IMG/VR virus record: IMGVR_UViG_2823592041_000002
Location: 64,001-128,000 of that record
From: a virus
Lineage: Duplodnaviria > Caudoviricetes
Direction: 5' to 3' (one strand)
Length of the DNA: 64,000 nt
The translations under genes and the position numbers were made by a program. Shown piece after piece: positions 9,867 to 20,321 of the stretch (within the stretch, counting starts at the first letter, position 1; every line of letters begins with the position of its first letter). Below the pieces are notes generated by a model. That model worked only from the letters and a program-made list of their open reading frames with translations. It was not told where the DNA came from and made no database searches.

Positions 9867-10988
9867 ATGTCAGAAAAAAGTGAAATTTTAAATGAAGAAG
9901 AAAATATTGAAATTTCGGAAGAAACTACTGAAGAAACTGAAACTGCCGAGACTACAGAAACTGAAACTGAAACTGAAACTGTAGAAGAAGTTACTGAAGT
10001 TGCTGAAGTTGAAATTTCCGAATTAGAAGAAGAAACTACTGAAACAGAAGTTGAAGAAACTGGTGCTGTATTGGAGAATCTTCTAGAAACTTTACCAACT
10101 TCAAAATCAGGTATGGTTCAAACTATTAATTCCATGTTAGCAGAAATGACAAAAGATGAGTTACAATTTAAAGTAAAACATTTGGTTGAAGTTTTAACTG
10201 CTACTGAAAAAGAAATTCTTGAAAGAGAAGGTGGATTGAACTTAACTGATATTGAATTATCTGACGATGTAAATCAACTTTTCGAAGGTGAAGAGTTTGA
10301 TGTAAACTTTCGAAGAAAAGCAACTTTGTTATTCGAAACTGCTGTTGCTAAAAGAGTTGAAGAAGTTCAAGGTAATATCGAAGAAAACTTCAAACAAGAT
10401 ATGGAAGAACAAGTGCTTGACTATAAAGAGAAGTTATCAGAAGCCGTTGATAAACTTTTGAATGCTTCTATTGAAGATTGGCAAGATGATAATAAACTTG
10501 CTATTCATTCAGGGTTGAAATCGGAAATTACCGAAGAGTTTATGAGTGGTCTGAAAACTCTTTTCAAGGAAAATTATATTGATATTCCTGAAGATAAAGA
10601 GAATGAGTATGTGAATCTAAAAGAGATTCATGACAACACATCAATCAAGTTGAATGACGAAATTGAAAAAAATATCGAACTGAAGTCAACTATCCATGAA
10701 CAGAAAAGAGAAATTTTGTTCTGGGAAAACACTCAAGATTTAACGACAGTTGAACGAGAGAAACTGCAAAAACTTGCAGAAAAAATTGAATTTGATAATG
10801 ATGAGGAATATGTTGAAGGGTTGGAGACAATCCGAAAATGTTATTTTTCAGAAAAGGAAGAATCAACTACTGAAGAAAATACTGAAATTGAAGAAGTTGA
10901 AACTCTTCAAGTAGTAGCTGAAACTACTGAAAAACCTAAAACTAAAATTGAAAGATACGCCCAAGACCTTGGGAAGTATTGGAAATAA
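9867..10988 (+). CDS. gp22: Prohead core scaffold protein
   Basis: Glu-rich; KATLLFETAV, W..DNKLAI..GLKSEITEEFM.GLK.LF.ENYIDIP motifs; lies between gp21 and gp23; AGGAG SD favours ATG 9867. Confidence 0.93.
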   Translation: MSEKSEILNEEENIEISEETTEETETAETTETETETETVEEVTEVAEVEISELEEETTETEVEETGAVLENLLETLPTSKSGMVQTINSMLAEMTKDELQFKVKHLVEVLTATEKEILEREGGLNLTDIELSDDVNQLFEGEEFDVNFRRKATLLFETAVAKRVEEVQGNIEENFKQDMEEQVLDYKEKLSEAVDKLLNASIEDWQDDNKLAIHSGLKSEITEEFMSGLKTLFKENYIDIPEDKENEYVNLKEIHDNTSIKLNDEIEKNIELKSTIHEQKREILFWENTQDLTTVEREKLQKLAEKIEFDNDEEYVEGLETIRKCYFSEKEESTTEENTEIEEVETLQVVAETTEKPKTKIERYAQDLGKYWK

Positions 10989-11008
10989 TAATTGTAAAAA
11001 ACAAATAA

Positions 11009-11016
11009 TATAAATA
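11009..11016 (+). promoter_or_regulatory. T4-type late promoter TATAAATA
   Basis: Exact consensus upstream of gp23. Confidence 0.8.
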
Positions 11017-11087
11017 TATTTGTGATGAACCAAGTGTAACTAAGATGTTAGATTCTGACAATCTATACGGAAAAGGAGAAAATTAAA

Positions 11088-12359
11088 ATGAGTTACGAAG
11101 ATTTGTTGAAAAAGTGGGAACCTGTTCTTGAGCACCCTGAGTTTGCTGAGATTAAGGATCCTTACAAAAAGAAAGTCACAGCAATCCTTTTAGAGAATCA
11201 GGATCGTGATATGGAAGAAGCTAAGAATGGCGGATATGGTTCTCTTAATGAAACTACTAACGTTATCGGAAACGGTAATGCTAATGTAAAAACTTTTGAC
11301 CCAGTTCTTATCTCTATGATTAGACGAAGTATGCCAAATTTGATTGCTTTTGATGTAATGGGTGTTCAACCTATGAACGGACCTTCTGGGCTTATCTTCG
11401 CAATGAAGAGTCATTACGATAGTCAAACTGGAACTGAAGCTCTTCATGATGAAGCTAATACTGGTTTTTCTGGTGACGCAACTGCTAATGGTGCTGCTAG
11501 TCCTTTTGATGCTGCGTATGCTGCTGGTTCTGGTATTGCAACTGCTGATGCTGAACTTTTAGGTTCTGGTGCTGCTGGTGCTGGTGATTTTGCTGAAATG
11601 GCAATGTCCATTGATAAGGTATCTGTAACTGCAAAGTCCAGAGCTCTTAAAGCAGAATACACTATGGAATTAGCACAAGACTTGAAAGCAATTCATAATC
11701 TTGATGCTGAATCTGAGTTAGCAAACATTCTTTCTTCTGAAATTATGGCTGAAATTAACCGTGAAATGATTAGAAAGATTAATTTGACTGCTTCCGCTGG
11801 TGCTGCTGACACTCAAACACCTGGAACTTTTGATTTAGACTTAGATTCCAGTGGTCGATGGTCTGTTGAAAAGTTCAAAGGGCTTTTATTCCAAATCGAA
11901 CGAGATGCTAATGCTATTGCTAAGGCTACTCGACGAGGTAAGGGTAATGTTCTTATCTGTTCCTCTGATGTTGCTTCTGCTCTTCAGATGGCAGGTGTTC
12001 TAGATTATAATCCTGCACTCCAGAATAGTTTACAAGTTGATGATACTGGTAGTACTTTCGCAGGTATATTGAATGGTCGGTATAAAGTTTATATTGACCC
12101 TTATGTATCTGGTGTTGAATATTACACTTTAGGGTACAAAGGTTCCAGTGCTTATGATGCTGGATTATTCTACTGTCCATATGTTCCACTACAAATGGTT
12201 CGAGCAATGGGGGAAAACACTTTCCAACCAAAAATCGGTTTTAAAACTCGATATGGTTTGGTAGCTAACCCATTCGCAACCTCTGCTGGAGATGGTGACG
12301 TTGCTAGTAACAAAAAGAACAGTTACTACAGAGCTGTTAAAGTAGATAACTTATTATAA
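11088..12359 (+). CDS. gp23: Major capsid protein
   Basis: KWEPVL, TAILLENQ, DPVLISMIRRSMPNLIAFD..GVQPM.GP.GLIFAM, SRALKAEYT.ELAQDLKAIH, FQPKIGFKTRYG. Confidence 0.99.
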   Translation: MSYEDLLKKWEPVLEHPEFAEIKDPYKKKVTAILLENQDRDMEEAKNGGYGSLNETTNVIGNGNANVKTFDPVLISMIRRSMPNLIAFDVMGVQPMNGPSGLIFAMKSHYDSQTGTEALHDEANTGFSGDATANGAASPFDAAYAAGSGIATADAELLGSGAAGAGDFAEMAMSIDKVSVTAKSRALKAEYTMELAQDLKAIHNLDAESELANILSSEIMAEINREMIRKINLTASAGAADTQTPGTFDLDLDSSGRWSVEKFKGLLFQIERDANAIAKATRRGKGNVLICSSDVASALQMAGVLDYNPALQNSLQVDDTGSTFAGILNGRYKVYIDPYVSGVEYYTLGYKGSSAYDAGLFYCPYVPLQMVRAMGENTFQPKIGFKTRYGLVANPFATSAGDGDVASNKKNSYYRAVKVDNLL

Positions 12360-12380
12360 TATTATAATGTAGTATAAATA

Positions 12381-12411
12381 AAAAAACCCTCTTTTCGGAG
12401 AGGGTTTTTTT
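12381..12411 (+). terminator. Rho-independent terminator after gp23
   Basis: AAAAAACCCTCT-TTTCGG-AGAGGGTTTTTTT, a UUCG-type loop with flanking A and T tracts. Confidence 0.9.
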
Positions 12412-12416
12412 GCTAT

Positions 12417-12424
12417 TATAAATA
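12417..12424 (+). promoter_or_regulatory. T4-type late promoter TATAAATA
   Basis: Exact consensus just after the terminator, upstream of gp3. Confidence 0.75.
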
Positions 12425-12441
12425 TAATAGAGGATTATATT

Positions 12442-12936
12442 ATGAGCTATATTGATAGACAACCAGTTGATAGAAATTTTCTATCTAAAGATAATTTCAC
12501 TGCTGTATTTTCTAATTTTCCAAGTATGGAGTATTTTATTCAATCTTTTGAATTTCCAGGAGTAAATGTTCCAACACTAAAACAACCATCATATTTGAAA
12601 GGCGTTGATGTACATGGTTCACATATTGAGTATGATGATTTATCAATTAGTTTTGCAATCAATGAAGACTTCTCAAATTACCGAGAAATATATGATTGGT
12701 TGGTTAAAACCGGAACACCTCAAAAATTAGAAGACTATCAATCACCAGATGATTTGGATCATTGTACACTAATGATTACATCTAATAATAAAAATACCAC
12801 TTTGAAAGTCAGATTTGATAAAATATTCCCTATAGGACTTTCTTCTTTCACATTTGATACAACTTCAGAACATGATATAGTCGTCGCAACAGCAACTTTT
12901 AAGTTTAACTCAATGACATTTGACGCAAATATTTAA
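12442..12936 (+). CDS. gp3: Tail tube terminator / tail completion protein
   Basis: NFLS..NF, PGV, YDDL.I.F.INEDF.NY.EIYDW, FPIGLS motifs; conserved gp23-gp3-uvsY-uvsW synteny. Confidence 0.85.
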   Translation: MSYIDRQPVDRNFLSKDNFTAVFSNFPSMEYFIQSFEFPGVNVPTLKQPSYLKGVDVHGSHIEYDDLSISFAINEDFSNYREIYDWLVKTGTPQKLEDYQSPDDLDHCTLMITSNNKNTTLKVRFDKIFPIGLSSFTFDTTSEHDIVVATATFKFNSMTFDANI

Positions 12937-12946
12937 AGGAGTCTCT

Positions 12947-13396
12947 ATGCGAGAATCTATTTCATTAGAAGAAATAGAAAAAATGTGGGAGACTGATAGA
13001 AAGATGTTCCGTGATAAATTATCAGAACATAATCTTGACATCCCAAATCTACACGGTAGGTATATGACAATATATAATACCGAAAGAATATTCAGAAAAA
13101 CTCTTGACCTAAAAAAGAGAAGGCTTTACATGACACTGAGGTCATACTTTTCTGGTACTCTTGATAAAATGACTTTAGACAAACACGGTTGGATTCCATA
13201 TGGTGTTAAAGTTCTTAAATCAGATTTAGATATACACATAGAATCTCACGAATCTTTTTGTGATATCGAAAAGCAGGTTGAAGTGTCTAATATAAAAATC
13301 AATCTACTTGAACAAATTTTACGACTCATTATGAACAGAGGATTTCAAATCAAAAACGAAATAGAACTTGTTAAATGGGAGTCTGGTATTATTTAA
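12947..13396 (+). CDS. uvsY: Recombination mediator
   Basis: W..D, IPNLHGRY, NRGFQIKN.IE..KW motifs; AAGGAG SD before ATG 12947. Confidence 0.9.
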   Translation: MRESISLEEIEKMWETDRKMFRDKLSEHNLDIPNLHGRYMTIYNTERIFRKTLDLKKRRLYMTLRSYFSGTLDKMTLDKHGWIPYGVKVLKSDLDIHIESHESFCDIEKQVEVSNIKINLLEQILRLIMNRGFQIKNEIELVKWESGII

Positions 13397-13399
13397 TAT

Positions 13400-14881
13400 A
13401 TGGAAATTGTAAAAATCAGAAAAATTAATGAAACATTCATGAAGATAGTGGCTGACCAAGGTGTTATGCGTGATATCTCTGAACATTTCACTTTCTTTGC
13501 TGATAATTACAAATTCATGCAACGATACAAGATAGGTATGTGGGATGGTAAAATACGACTTCTCAATATACTCACAGGAAAAATATATGTGGGTTTATTG
13601 CCTAGAGTATTGGAAGTCTGTGAGAACCTAAACTATAAAGTTGTCTTTGAGGATGTTGATGATTTTTCCCCAAACATTGTAACAATATCTGATTTGGAGG
13701 GTTGGGTCAAAACACTGAACTTACCCTTCCCGCCAAGAGATTATCAAATGAGTTCTCTTCATGATATGGTCACACGTAAAAGAATGGTTGTATTAAGTCC
13801 GACTGGTTCTGGTAAGTCACTTATTATTTATATGTTCATTCAATGGTTTCTTTCTGAATACCCTAATGAAAAACTTATGTTGGTAGTTCCAAATGTAAGT
13901 CTCGTTCATCAAATGTATCAAGATTTCGAAGAATATTCAAGTAAAAATTCTTGGGATGTAGAAAAATATTGTCAGAAAGTGTATTCAGGACAAGATAAAA
14001 ACTTTCAATCCAGTGTTATTATAACCACTTGGCAATCAGTATACAAGTTGAGACCAGTAAAATTTGCACCATTCAAAGCAGTTATATCAGATGAATGTCA
14101 TTTAGCCAAAGCAACATCCCTCATTGCAATCCTTGAGAAGATGAAAAATGCTGAGTATCGATTTGGTACAACTGGGACTTTGGATGATATTAATTTGAAC
14201 GAATTGACTTTGTGTGGGTTGTTTGGGGATGTTAAGAGACATGTTACAACGAAAACTCTGATAGATAGTAACCACCTTTCCTCCTTCAGAATAAAGTATA
14301 TCACTCTTAAATACCCTGAAAACGAGTGTAAAGAAGTTTGTAAAATGGATTACGTTGATGAGATTAATTATATACTGGATCACGAAAAAAGAAATAAATT
14401 TATAAAAAATTTGTGTAAACACTTGCCTGGCAATACCTTAATATTATATACTTATGTTGAGAAGCATGGAAGTGTTTTATCAGATATATTAGAAGATATT
14501 GAAGGTAAAGAAGTGTTTTTTATTCATGGTGGTATCAATGCCAGTATACGAGAAGATATCAGAAATGATGTTGAAGGTAAGGATAATTGCCTGATTGTAG
14601 CATCCTATGGAACTTTTTCAACGGGGGTTAATATAAAAAATCTACATAATGTTATTTTTGCCTCCCCGACGAAATCAAAAGTTCGGTCACTTCAATCTAT
14701 TGGTAGAGGGTTGAGGCTTGGAGATAATAAAGATGGTTGTATCTTATTTGATATCTGTGACAACTTCTGTACAAAGAAAAAGTCAAATTATATGGTCAAA
14801 CATGGTAATGAAAGATTAAAAATTTATTACAAAGAGAACTTTGATATTGAAATGGTCAACGTCAAGTTCACCGAGAAATAA
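13400..14881 (+). CDS. uvsW: SF2 DNA helicase
   Basis: WDGKIRL, SPTGSGKS, DECH, TTGT, FSTGVNIKNLHN, QSIGRGLR. Confidence 0.97.
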   Translation: MEIVKIRKINETFMKIVADQGVMRDISEHFTFFADNYKFMQRYKIGMWDGKIRLLNILTGKIYVGLLPRVLEVCENLNYKVVFEDVDDFSPNIVTISDLEGWVKTLNLPFPPRDYQMSSLHDMVTRKRMVVLSPTGSGKSLIIYMFIQWFLSEYPNEKLMLVVPNVSLVHQMYQDFEEYSSKNSWDVEKYCQKVYSGQDKNFQSSVIITTWQSVYKLRPVKFAPFKAVISDECHLAKATSLIAILEKMKNAEYRFGTTGTLDDINLNELTLCGLFGDVKRHVTTKTLIDSNHLSSFRIKYITLKYPENECKEVCKMDYVDEINYILDHEKRNKFIKNLCKHLPGNTLILYTYVEKHGSVLSDILEDIEGKEVFFIHGGINASIREDIRNDVEGKDNCLIVASYGTFSTGVNIKNLHNVIFASPTKSKVRSLQSIGRGLRLGDNKDGCILFDICDNFCTKKKSNYMVKHGNERLKIYYKENFDIEMVNVKFTEK

Positions 14882-14906
14882 ATAAATTTTATTTTTAATT
14901 TATCTA

Positions 14907-14935
14907 TTGACTTATGTTATATAATATATTATAAT
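14907..14935 (+). promoter_or_regulatory. Sigma70-type early promoter
   Basis: TTGACT-17 nt-TATAAT upstream of gp55. Confidence 0.75.
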
Positions 14936-14958
14936 ATATATAAAGGAAAAATTATATT

Positions 14959-15543
14959 ATGACTAAAAAAGTAAAACCAAAAGATAAAGTTCACTACGTA
15001 AACAATAAAGAGTTTTATGAAGCAGTGAAAATTCATATTAATCAATGTAAAGTAGCAGAAGAGATGGGTGTTGATTTACCAAGGGTTCCAGAGTATGTTG
15101 GGGAATGTTTCTTCAAGATTGCTCAAAGGATTGCAACCAAACCAAACTTTACAAACTACACATTTAAAGAAGATATGATACTTGACGGTGTTGAGAACTG
15201 TTTGAGGTATATTAGAAACTTCAATCCAGAGAAGAGTAAAAATCCCTTCAGTTATTTCACAACAGTTATTACATATTCATTTCTACGTAGAATTGAAAAA
15301 GAAAAGAAATACACTTACATCAAATTAAAGGCTATGGAAAATGAACTTCATAGACATGATTCAATTGGAAATCTTAATCCCTTCGACACTTCAAATTTCT
15401 CTGTTGATGGTGAAAACATGTATGACAACTTCTTCCAATTCATAAAGGATTATGAAGAATCCAGAAGAATTAAAAACGAGAAGAAGAAGAAACCTAAGAC
15501 TAAAAAAAATAATGATTTGAAATTATTTCTTGACGATAAGTAA
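14959..15543 (+). CDS. gp55: Late-transcription sigma factor
   Basis: HYVNNKEF, YVGECF.KIA, PNF.NYT..EDMI.DG.ENC, NPFSYFT. Confidence 0.97.
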   Translation: MTKKVKPKDKVHYVNNKEFYEAVKIHINQCKVAEEMGVDLPRVPEYVGECFFKIAQRIATKPNFTNYTFKEDMILDGVENCLRYIRNFNPEKSKNPFSYFTTVITYSFLRRIEKEKKYTYIKLKAMENELHRHDSIGNLNPFDTSNFSVDGENMYDNFFQFIKDYEESRRIKNEKKKKPKTKKNNDLKLFLDDK

Positions 15544-15557
15544 CCTTGGAGGGTGTA

Positions 15558-15839
15558 ATGAGTATTCGAGAGTATGAAGGTGTTTTTTATAATTCAGAAG
15601 ATTTTGATGCAACTGGTAGACCTTATGAAGATGCTGTTCCTATAAGAAAGGAAACTGAAGAAGAAAAGAAAGATAGAATTCAGAAGGCACAGATGGCAGA
15701 TGATACACATAAAGATAAAAAAGATTGTAAAAAATCTGGTTGTAATTGTATGAATGAGTATATATTACTTTTTGCTACTAATACTCATGAGGGTGTTAAA
15801 TACGATACCTATGGGTTTGAAATAAAGGATATTTTATAA
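15558..15839 (+). CDS. Hypothetical protein
   Basis: GGAGG SD; TAATG coupling to gp47. Confidence 0.6.
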   Translation: MSIREYEGVFYNSEDFDATGRPYEDAVPIRKETEEEKKDRIQKAQMADDTHKDKKDCKKSGCNCMNEYILLFATNTHEGVKYDTYGFEIKDIL

Positions 15840-16897
15840 TGAAATTGGCTTTAATCACCGACACACATTTCGGTGGTAGAAATGATAGTCAAATTTTCAA
15901 TGATTATTTCTTCAAGTTCTGGGAGGAAGAGTTTTTCCCAACAGTTCTAAAGAAGAAAATAAAAAAAGTGATTCATCTCGGTGATATCTTTGATAGAAGG
16001 AAATTTGCAAATATTAAAACACTGAACTCTTTTAGGGAAAGATTTATTGAATGGTTTGAAAGGAATGGAGTAGAACTTCATATAATTGTGGGAAATCATG
16101 ATGTCTACTACAAAGATACAAACCGTGTAAACTCCCCAAAAGAAATATTTGGTGATAGGTATAAGAAAGTTAAAATCTACGAAGACCCTGAGATAGTTAA
16201 GTTCGGTAAAACTAAAATATTATTCTTACCTTGGATCAATAGAGAGAATGGTGAGAAGTCTATGGAGTTGATTAATTCTAATGAAGCTTCAGTTGTTATG
16301 GGTCATCTTGAACTCAATGGTTTTAAGATGTATAAAAACTCTTTTTGTTATCATGGAATGAATCATACGGTTTTCAATAGCTATGACCTTGTAATGACAG
16401 GACATTATCATCATAAATCTACAGTGGGGAATATTGCTTACTTGGGGAGTACTTATGAAATCACTTGGGCTGATTATAATGATCCAAGAGGTTATCATAT
16501 TTTTGATACAAACACTCTTGATTTGGAGTATTATCAAAACCCTCATAAAATATTTCACAAGATTATTTACAATGATAATGGCGTTGAAACTCTTGATAAG
16601 ATAGTAAAGGACTTCAGTTTTTGTAAGAATAGTTATGTCAAGGTTTTAGTTGAGGCAAAGAACAACCCTTATCTTTTTGATAAGTTTATTGACTCAATTC
16701 AATTACATGAACCTTTTGATTTGTCTATTATTGAAGACTTAAATTTATCCGTTGAAGAAGAGGAGATTGTAAACGAAGCTGAAGATACTGTCACGACACT
16801 TAACAAATATGTCGATGGATTGGATGTAAATGTCAATCTTGATAGATTAAAAGAAGTTCTAATGTCTTTACATAGAGAAGCAATTGATTTACAATAG
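15839..16897 (+). CDS. gp47: Recombination endonuclease, Mre11/SbcD-like subunit
   Basis: DTHFG, LGDIFD, GNHD, GHYH metallophosphoesterase motifs. Confidence 0.96.
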   Translation: MKLALITDTHFGGRNDSQIFNDYFFKFWEEEFFPTVLKKKIKKVIHLGDIFDRRKFANIKTLNSFRERFIEWFERNGVELHIIVGNHDVYYKDTNRVNSPKEIFGDRYKKVKIYEDPEIVKFGKTKILFLPWINRENGEKSMELINSNEASVVMGHLELNGFKMYKNSFCYHGMNHTVFNSYDLVMTGHYHHKSTVGNIAYLGSTYEITWADYNDPRGYHIFDTNTLDLEYYQNPHKIFHKIIYNDNGVETLDKIVKDFSFCKNSYVKVLVEAKNNPYLFDKFIDSIQLHEPFDLSIIEDLNLSVEEEEIVNEAEDTVTTLNKYVDGLDVNVNLDRLKEVLMSLHREAIDLQ

Positions 16898-16903
16898 AGT
16901 ATT

Positions 16904-18613
16904 ATGATAATTTTTACAAAAGTTCGTTACAAAAATTTTCTTTCTACTGGTAATTACTTTAATGAAATAGTTTTGGATAACAGTCCTTCAACTTTAGTCA
17001 TGGGTAAGAATGGTGGAGGGAAGTCAACATTCTTAGATGCTATCTGTTTTGGTTTATTTGGTAAAGCATTCAGAAATATCAATAAGAACCAAATGATAAA
17101 TTCTATAAATGAAAAGGGTACAGTAGTTGAGATTGAATTCTCTATAGGTTCAAAAGAATATATGGTGAGAAGGGGTATCAAACCCAACATCTTTGAAATA
17201 TATCTGAACGGTGAGTTTATTAATCAGTCAGCTGATGCTAGAGATTTCCAAAAGAAACTTGAAAAAACTATTCTCAAGATGAACTATAAATCTTTCACAC
17301 AGATAGTCATTTTAGGTTCCTCTAGTTTTACACCCTTTATGAAACTCTCAAGCAATAATAGAAGGGATGTGATTGAAGATATTTTGGATATTGATATATT
17401 CAGTATTATGAACACACTTCTAAAGGAAAGATCTTCTGTACTTAAAACTGATATGTCACAGAATGATTATGATATTAAGTCTCTCGAATCTGGTATTGAG
17501 ATGAAAGAGGAGTACATTGAGAAATTGAAGGGTACTAAACAAGATAGAGTTGAATCAATCAGAAAAAATATTCAAGATTGTAAGAATACAATATGCGAAT
17601 TACAGCTCCAAATTGATACAAAGATGGAAGAGATTGAGTTGATAGATGTTGGTGATATTGATAAACTGAATTCTGAACTTGAAAAAACTGTTGATATTTT
17701 CAAGAAAATGAAAAACAATAAAGACAGGCTCAAAAAAGAAAACAAGTTTTTTACGGAGAACAATCATTGTAATACTTGTCATCAAGATATCGATGAGGAA
17801 CTTTCATCTGAAATTATATCAAATAATGAGAATAGGATAACAGAATTAGATTCTGCTTTTGTTGAGATACAGAAGATGATATCAGGTGTCAAAGATTCAA
17901 TCAAAGTTGAACAGGATAAAGTTGATACTGTAAATAAAATCAACACGGAAATACTTAATTTGAATCAAGAGATTGGATTTCAAAATAAGAGTATAGAAAA
18001 ATATGAGAAAGAGATTGAGTTCCTTAAAAATAAGAATGATATGATTGATGGGGAATATGAATCCCTAAATAAAATGAAAGAACAAATTCAAGAATCTCAA
18101 CAAAGTAAAGTTGAATTTTTAGAAAGAAATGAGATCTATAATATATGTAGCGTCTTATTAAAAGATTCTGGTATTAAAACTAGAATCATAAAACAATATC
18201 TTCCGATTATGAACAAATTAATCAATGGGTATTTGAATGATTTTGATTTCTTTGCTAATTTCAATCTTGACGAAAACTTCAATGAAGTGATAAAATCAAG
18301 ACATAGGGATGAATTTTCTTATGATTCATTCTCAGAAGGTGAAAAACAGAGAATAGATTTAGCAATTCTTTTCACATGGAGAGAAGTAGCTAGAATGAAA
18401 AACTCTGTAAACACTAATTTACTAATATTAGATGAGGTATTTGATTCTTCACTTGATGCTGAAGGAACAGAAAACTTTATGAAGGTTATGAACACCTTAG
18501 AAGGTAAGGGTCTAAACACCTTTGTAATATCACACAAAACAGATTTATTAGCCGATAAATTTGACAAACAAATTAAATTTGAGAAAATTGGTAACTTCTC
18601 TCACAAAAAATAG
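16904..18613 (+). CDS. gp46: Recombination ATPase, Rad50/SbcC-like subunit
   Basis: GKNGGGKST Walker A, CNTC zinc hook, FSEGEKQRIDLA signature, LDEVFD. Confidence 0.97.
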   Translation: MIIFTKVRYKNFLSTGNYFNEIVLDNSPSTLVMGKNGGGKSTFLDAICFGLFGKAFRNINKNQMINSINEKGTVVEIEFSIGSKEYMVRRGIKPNIFEIYLNGEFINQSADARDFQKKLEKTILKMNYKSFTQIVILGSSSFTPFMKLSSNNRRDVIEDILDIDIFSIMNTLLKERSSVLKTDMSQNDYDIKSLESGIEMKEEYIEKLKGTKQDRVESIRKNIQDCKNTICELQLQIDTKMEEIELIDVGDIDKLNSELEKTVDIFKKMKNNKDRLKKENKFFTENNHCNTCHQDIDEELSSEIISNNENRITELDSAFVEIQKMISGVKDSIKVEQDKVDTVNKINTEILNLNQEIGFQNKSIEKYEKEIEFLKNKNDMIDGEYESLNKMKEQIQESQQSKVEFLERNEIYNICSVLLKDSGIKTRIIKQYLPIMNKLINGYLNDFDFFANFNLDENFNEVIKSRHRDEFSYDSFSEGEKQRIDLAILFTWREVARMKNSVNTNLLILDEVFDSSLDAEGTENFMKVMNTLEGKGLNTFVISHKTDLLADKFDKQIKFEKIGNFSHKK

Positions 18614-18642
18614 TTGACAAACATTTCAAAATGTGTCATAAT
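18614..18642 (+). promoter_or_regulatory. Sigma70-type early promoter
   Basis: TTGACA-17 nt-CATAAT upstream of gp45. Confidence 0.7.
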
Positions 18643-18675
18643 AGTAGTATGACATTTAACTAGGAGATCTATATT

Positions 18676-19365
18676 ATGAGTGCAATTTCCGTATCTGAGG
18701 ATACTTTAAGAACCTTAAAAAACCTTGCCAGTATTAACCAGAGTTTACTTTTCACATCTGGTAATACTTTATCCACCATTAACAGTAGTAACAATGTTTT
18801 ATGTACTGCTCAGATTTCAGAAGATTTACCAGCTGAGTTTGGTATCTATGATCTGAATAATTTGTTGGGTACACTTTCTTTATTTAACAATCCACAATTG
18901 GATATTAATTCAACCGATGGTTACATGACTATTCGTGACGGTGAGAATGCTTCAACTACCGTTAAATACACTTTCGCAAGTAGGAATTTGATAAAAGTTC
19001 CACCAAAAAATCATATCGACTTACCGAGTGAAGATGTTTCATTCACACTCGATGCAGACACCTTAGCTAAACTACAGAAAGCTAGTTCTGTTATGGGTCT
19101 CCAGTACCTATTTGTAAACGGTTCTGGAGGGGTTATTACGGTTGAACTGGGTAAACCTAGTGATGCTAATAGTAATCGTTTTAGAATCGTTGTAGGGGAA
19201 ACACCACATGAGTTCTCTTTCATCTTCTTGATGGAGAATATCAAACTTTTGCCAGATGATTATGATGTTGTGATTTCATCTCAATGTATCTCACAATTCA
19301 CATCTGTAAATTCTAACAGAACGTATTGGATATCAACAGAAACTGGTTCTAAATTTAATTCATAA
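18676..19365 (+). CDS. gp45: Sliding clamp
   Basis: LKNLASINQS, FGIYDLN..L, ENIKLLP.DY.V; synteny. Confidence 0.93.
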   Translation: MSAISVSEDTLRTLKNLASINQSLLFTSGNTLSTINSSNNVLCTAQISEDLPAEFGIYDLNNLLGTLSLFNNPQLDINSTDGYMTIRDGENASTTVKYTFASRNLIKVPPKNHIDLPSEDVSFTLDADTLAKLQKASSVMGLQYLFVNGSGGVITVELGKPSDANSNRFRIVVGETPHEFSFIFLMENIKLLPDDYDVVISSQCISQFTSVNSNRTYWISTETGSKFNS

Positions 19366-19373
19366 GGAGTGTT

Positions 19374-20321
19374 ATGAATATCGGTGAAGAGTATATCTGG
19401 GCTCAGAAGTATCGTCCTAAAACAATCGAAGAGTGTATTATTATAGATGAACTCAAAGATAAGTTCCAAAATTTTGTAGAGAATGGAGATTTACCTAATC
19501 TATTACTTTACGGAACTGCTGGGACAGGTAAAACAACTGTAGCAAAAGCAGTATTGGAAACTCTTGGTTGTGATTACATAGAAATCAACGGTTCACTTGA
19601 AGGAAGAAATATTGACACCTTGAGGAACACTATCAAGAGTTTTGCTAGTTCTGTATCTTTTACTGGTGGTAGGAAGTTTGTATTGTTAGATGAGGCCGAT
19701 GGTTTGAATCCTACTTCATTACAACCTGCTTTGCGTGGGTTTATGGAGGAGTTTTCTGCTAACTGCGGTTTCATTCTAACATGTAACTTCAAAGACAAAA
19801 TTATCAAACCATTACATTCAAGGTGTAGTGTAATAAATTTTGTTATTCCTAAAGATAAGAAACCTGTAATGGCCGCTGCCTTCTATAAAAGAGTTTGCGA
19901 GATTCTTGTAAAAGAAGGCGTTGAATATGATAAGGGAGTTGTTGTAAAATTAATACAAAAACACTTTCCTGATTTCAGAAGAGTATTGAATGAGTTACAA
20001 CAATGTGCTAGTTCTTCTGGCGGTATTACCAGTGATGTTTTGATTTCTAATGATGTAGCTATGGATGAACTTATAGTTCATTTAAAGAGTAAGAACTTTT
20101 CAAAGATGCGTGAATGGGTTTCCAATCATGGTGATACTGACCCAGAAAGATTCTTCAGAAAACTTTACGATGGGATGTATGAGTGGATGAAACCTGAGAC
20201 TATTCCAACAGTTGTTGTAACTCTTGCTGAATATCAGTACAAAGCATGTTTTGTTGCTGATCAAGAGATTAATATTGTTGCTTGTCTCACTGAACTTATG
20301 GCTAATGAGGTTTGTAAATGA
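19374..20321 (+). CDS. gp44: Clamp loader, large (AAA+) subunit
   Basis: W.QKYRP, GTAGTGKTT, LDEAD, LHSRC, FPDFRR. Confidence 0.97.
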   Translation: MNIGEEYIWAQKYRPKTIEECIIIDELKDKFQNFVENGDLPNLLLYGTAGTGKTTVAKAVLETLGCDYIEINGSLEGRNIDTLRNTIKSFASSVSFTGGRKFVLLDEADGLNPTSLQPALRGFMEEFSANCGFILTCNFKDKIIKPLHSRCSVINFVIPKDKKPVMAAAFYKRVCEILVKEGVEYDKGVVVKLIQKHFPDFRRVLNELQQCASSSGGITSDVLISNDVAMDELIVHLKSKNFSKMREWVSNHGDTDPERFFRKLYDGMYEWMKPETIPTVVVTLAEYQYKACFVADQEINIVACLTELMANEVCK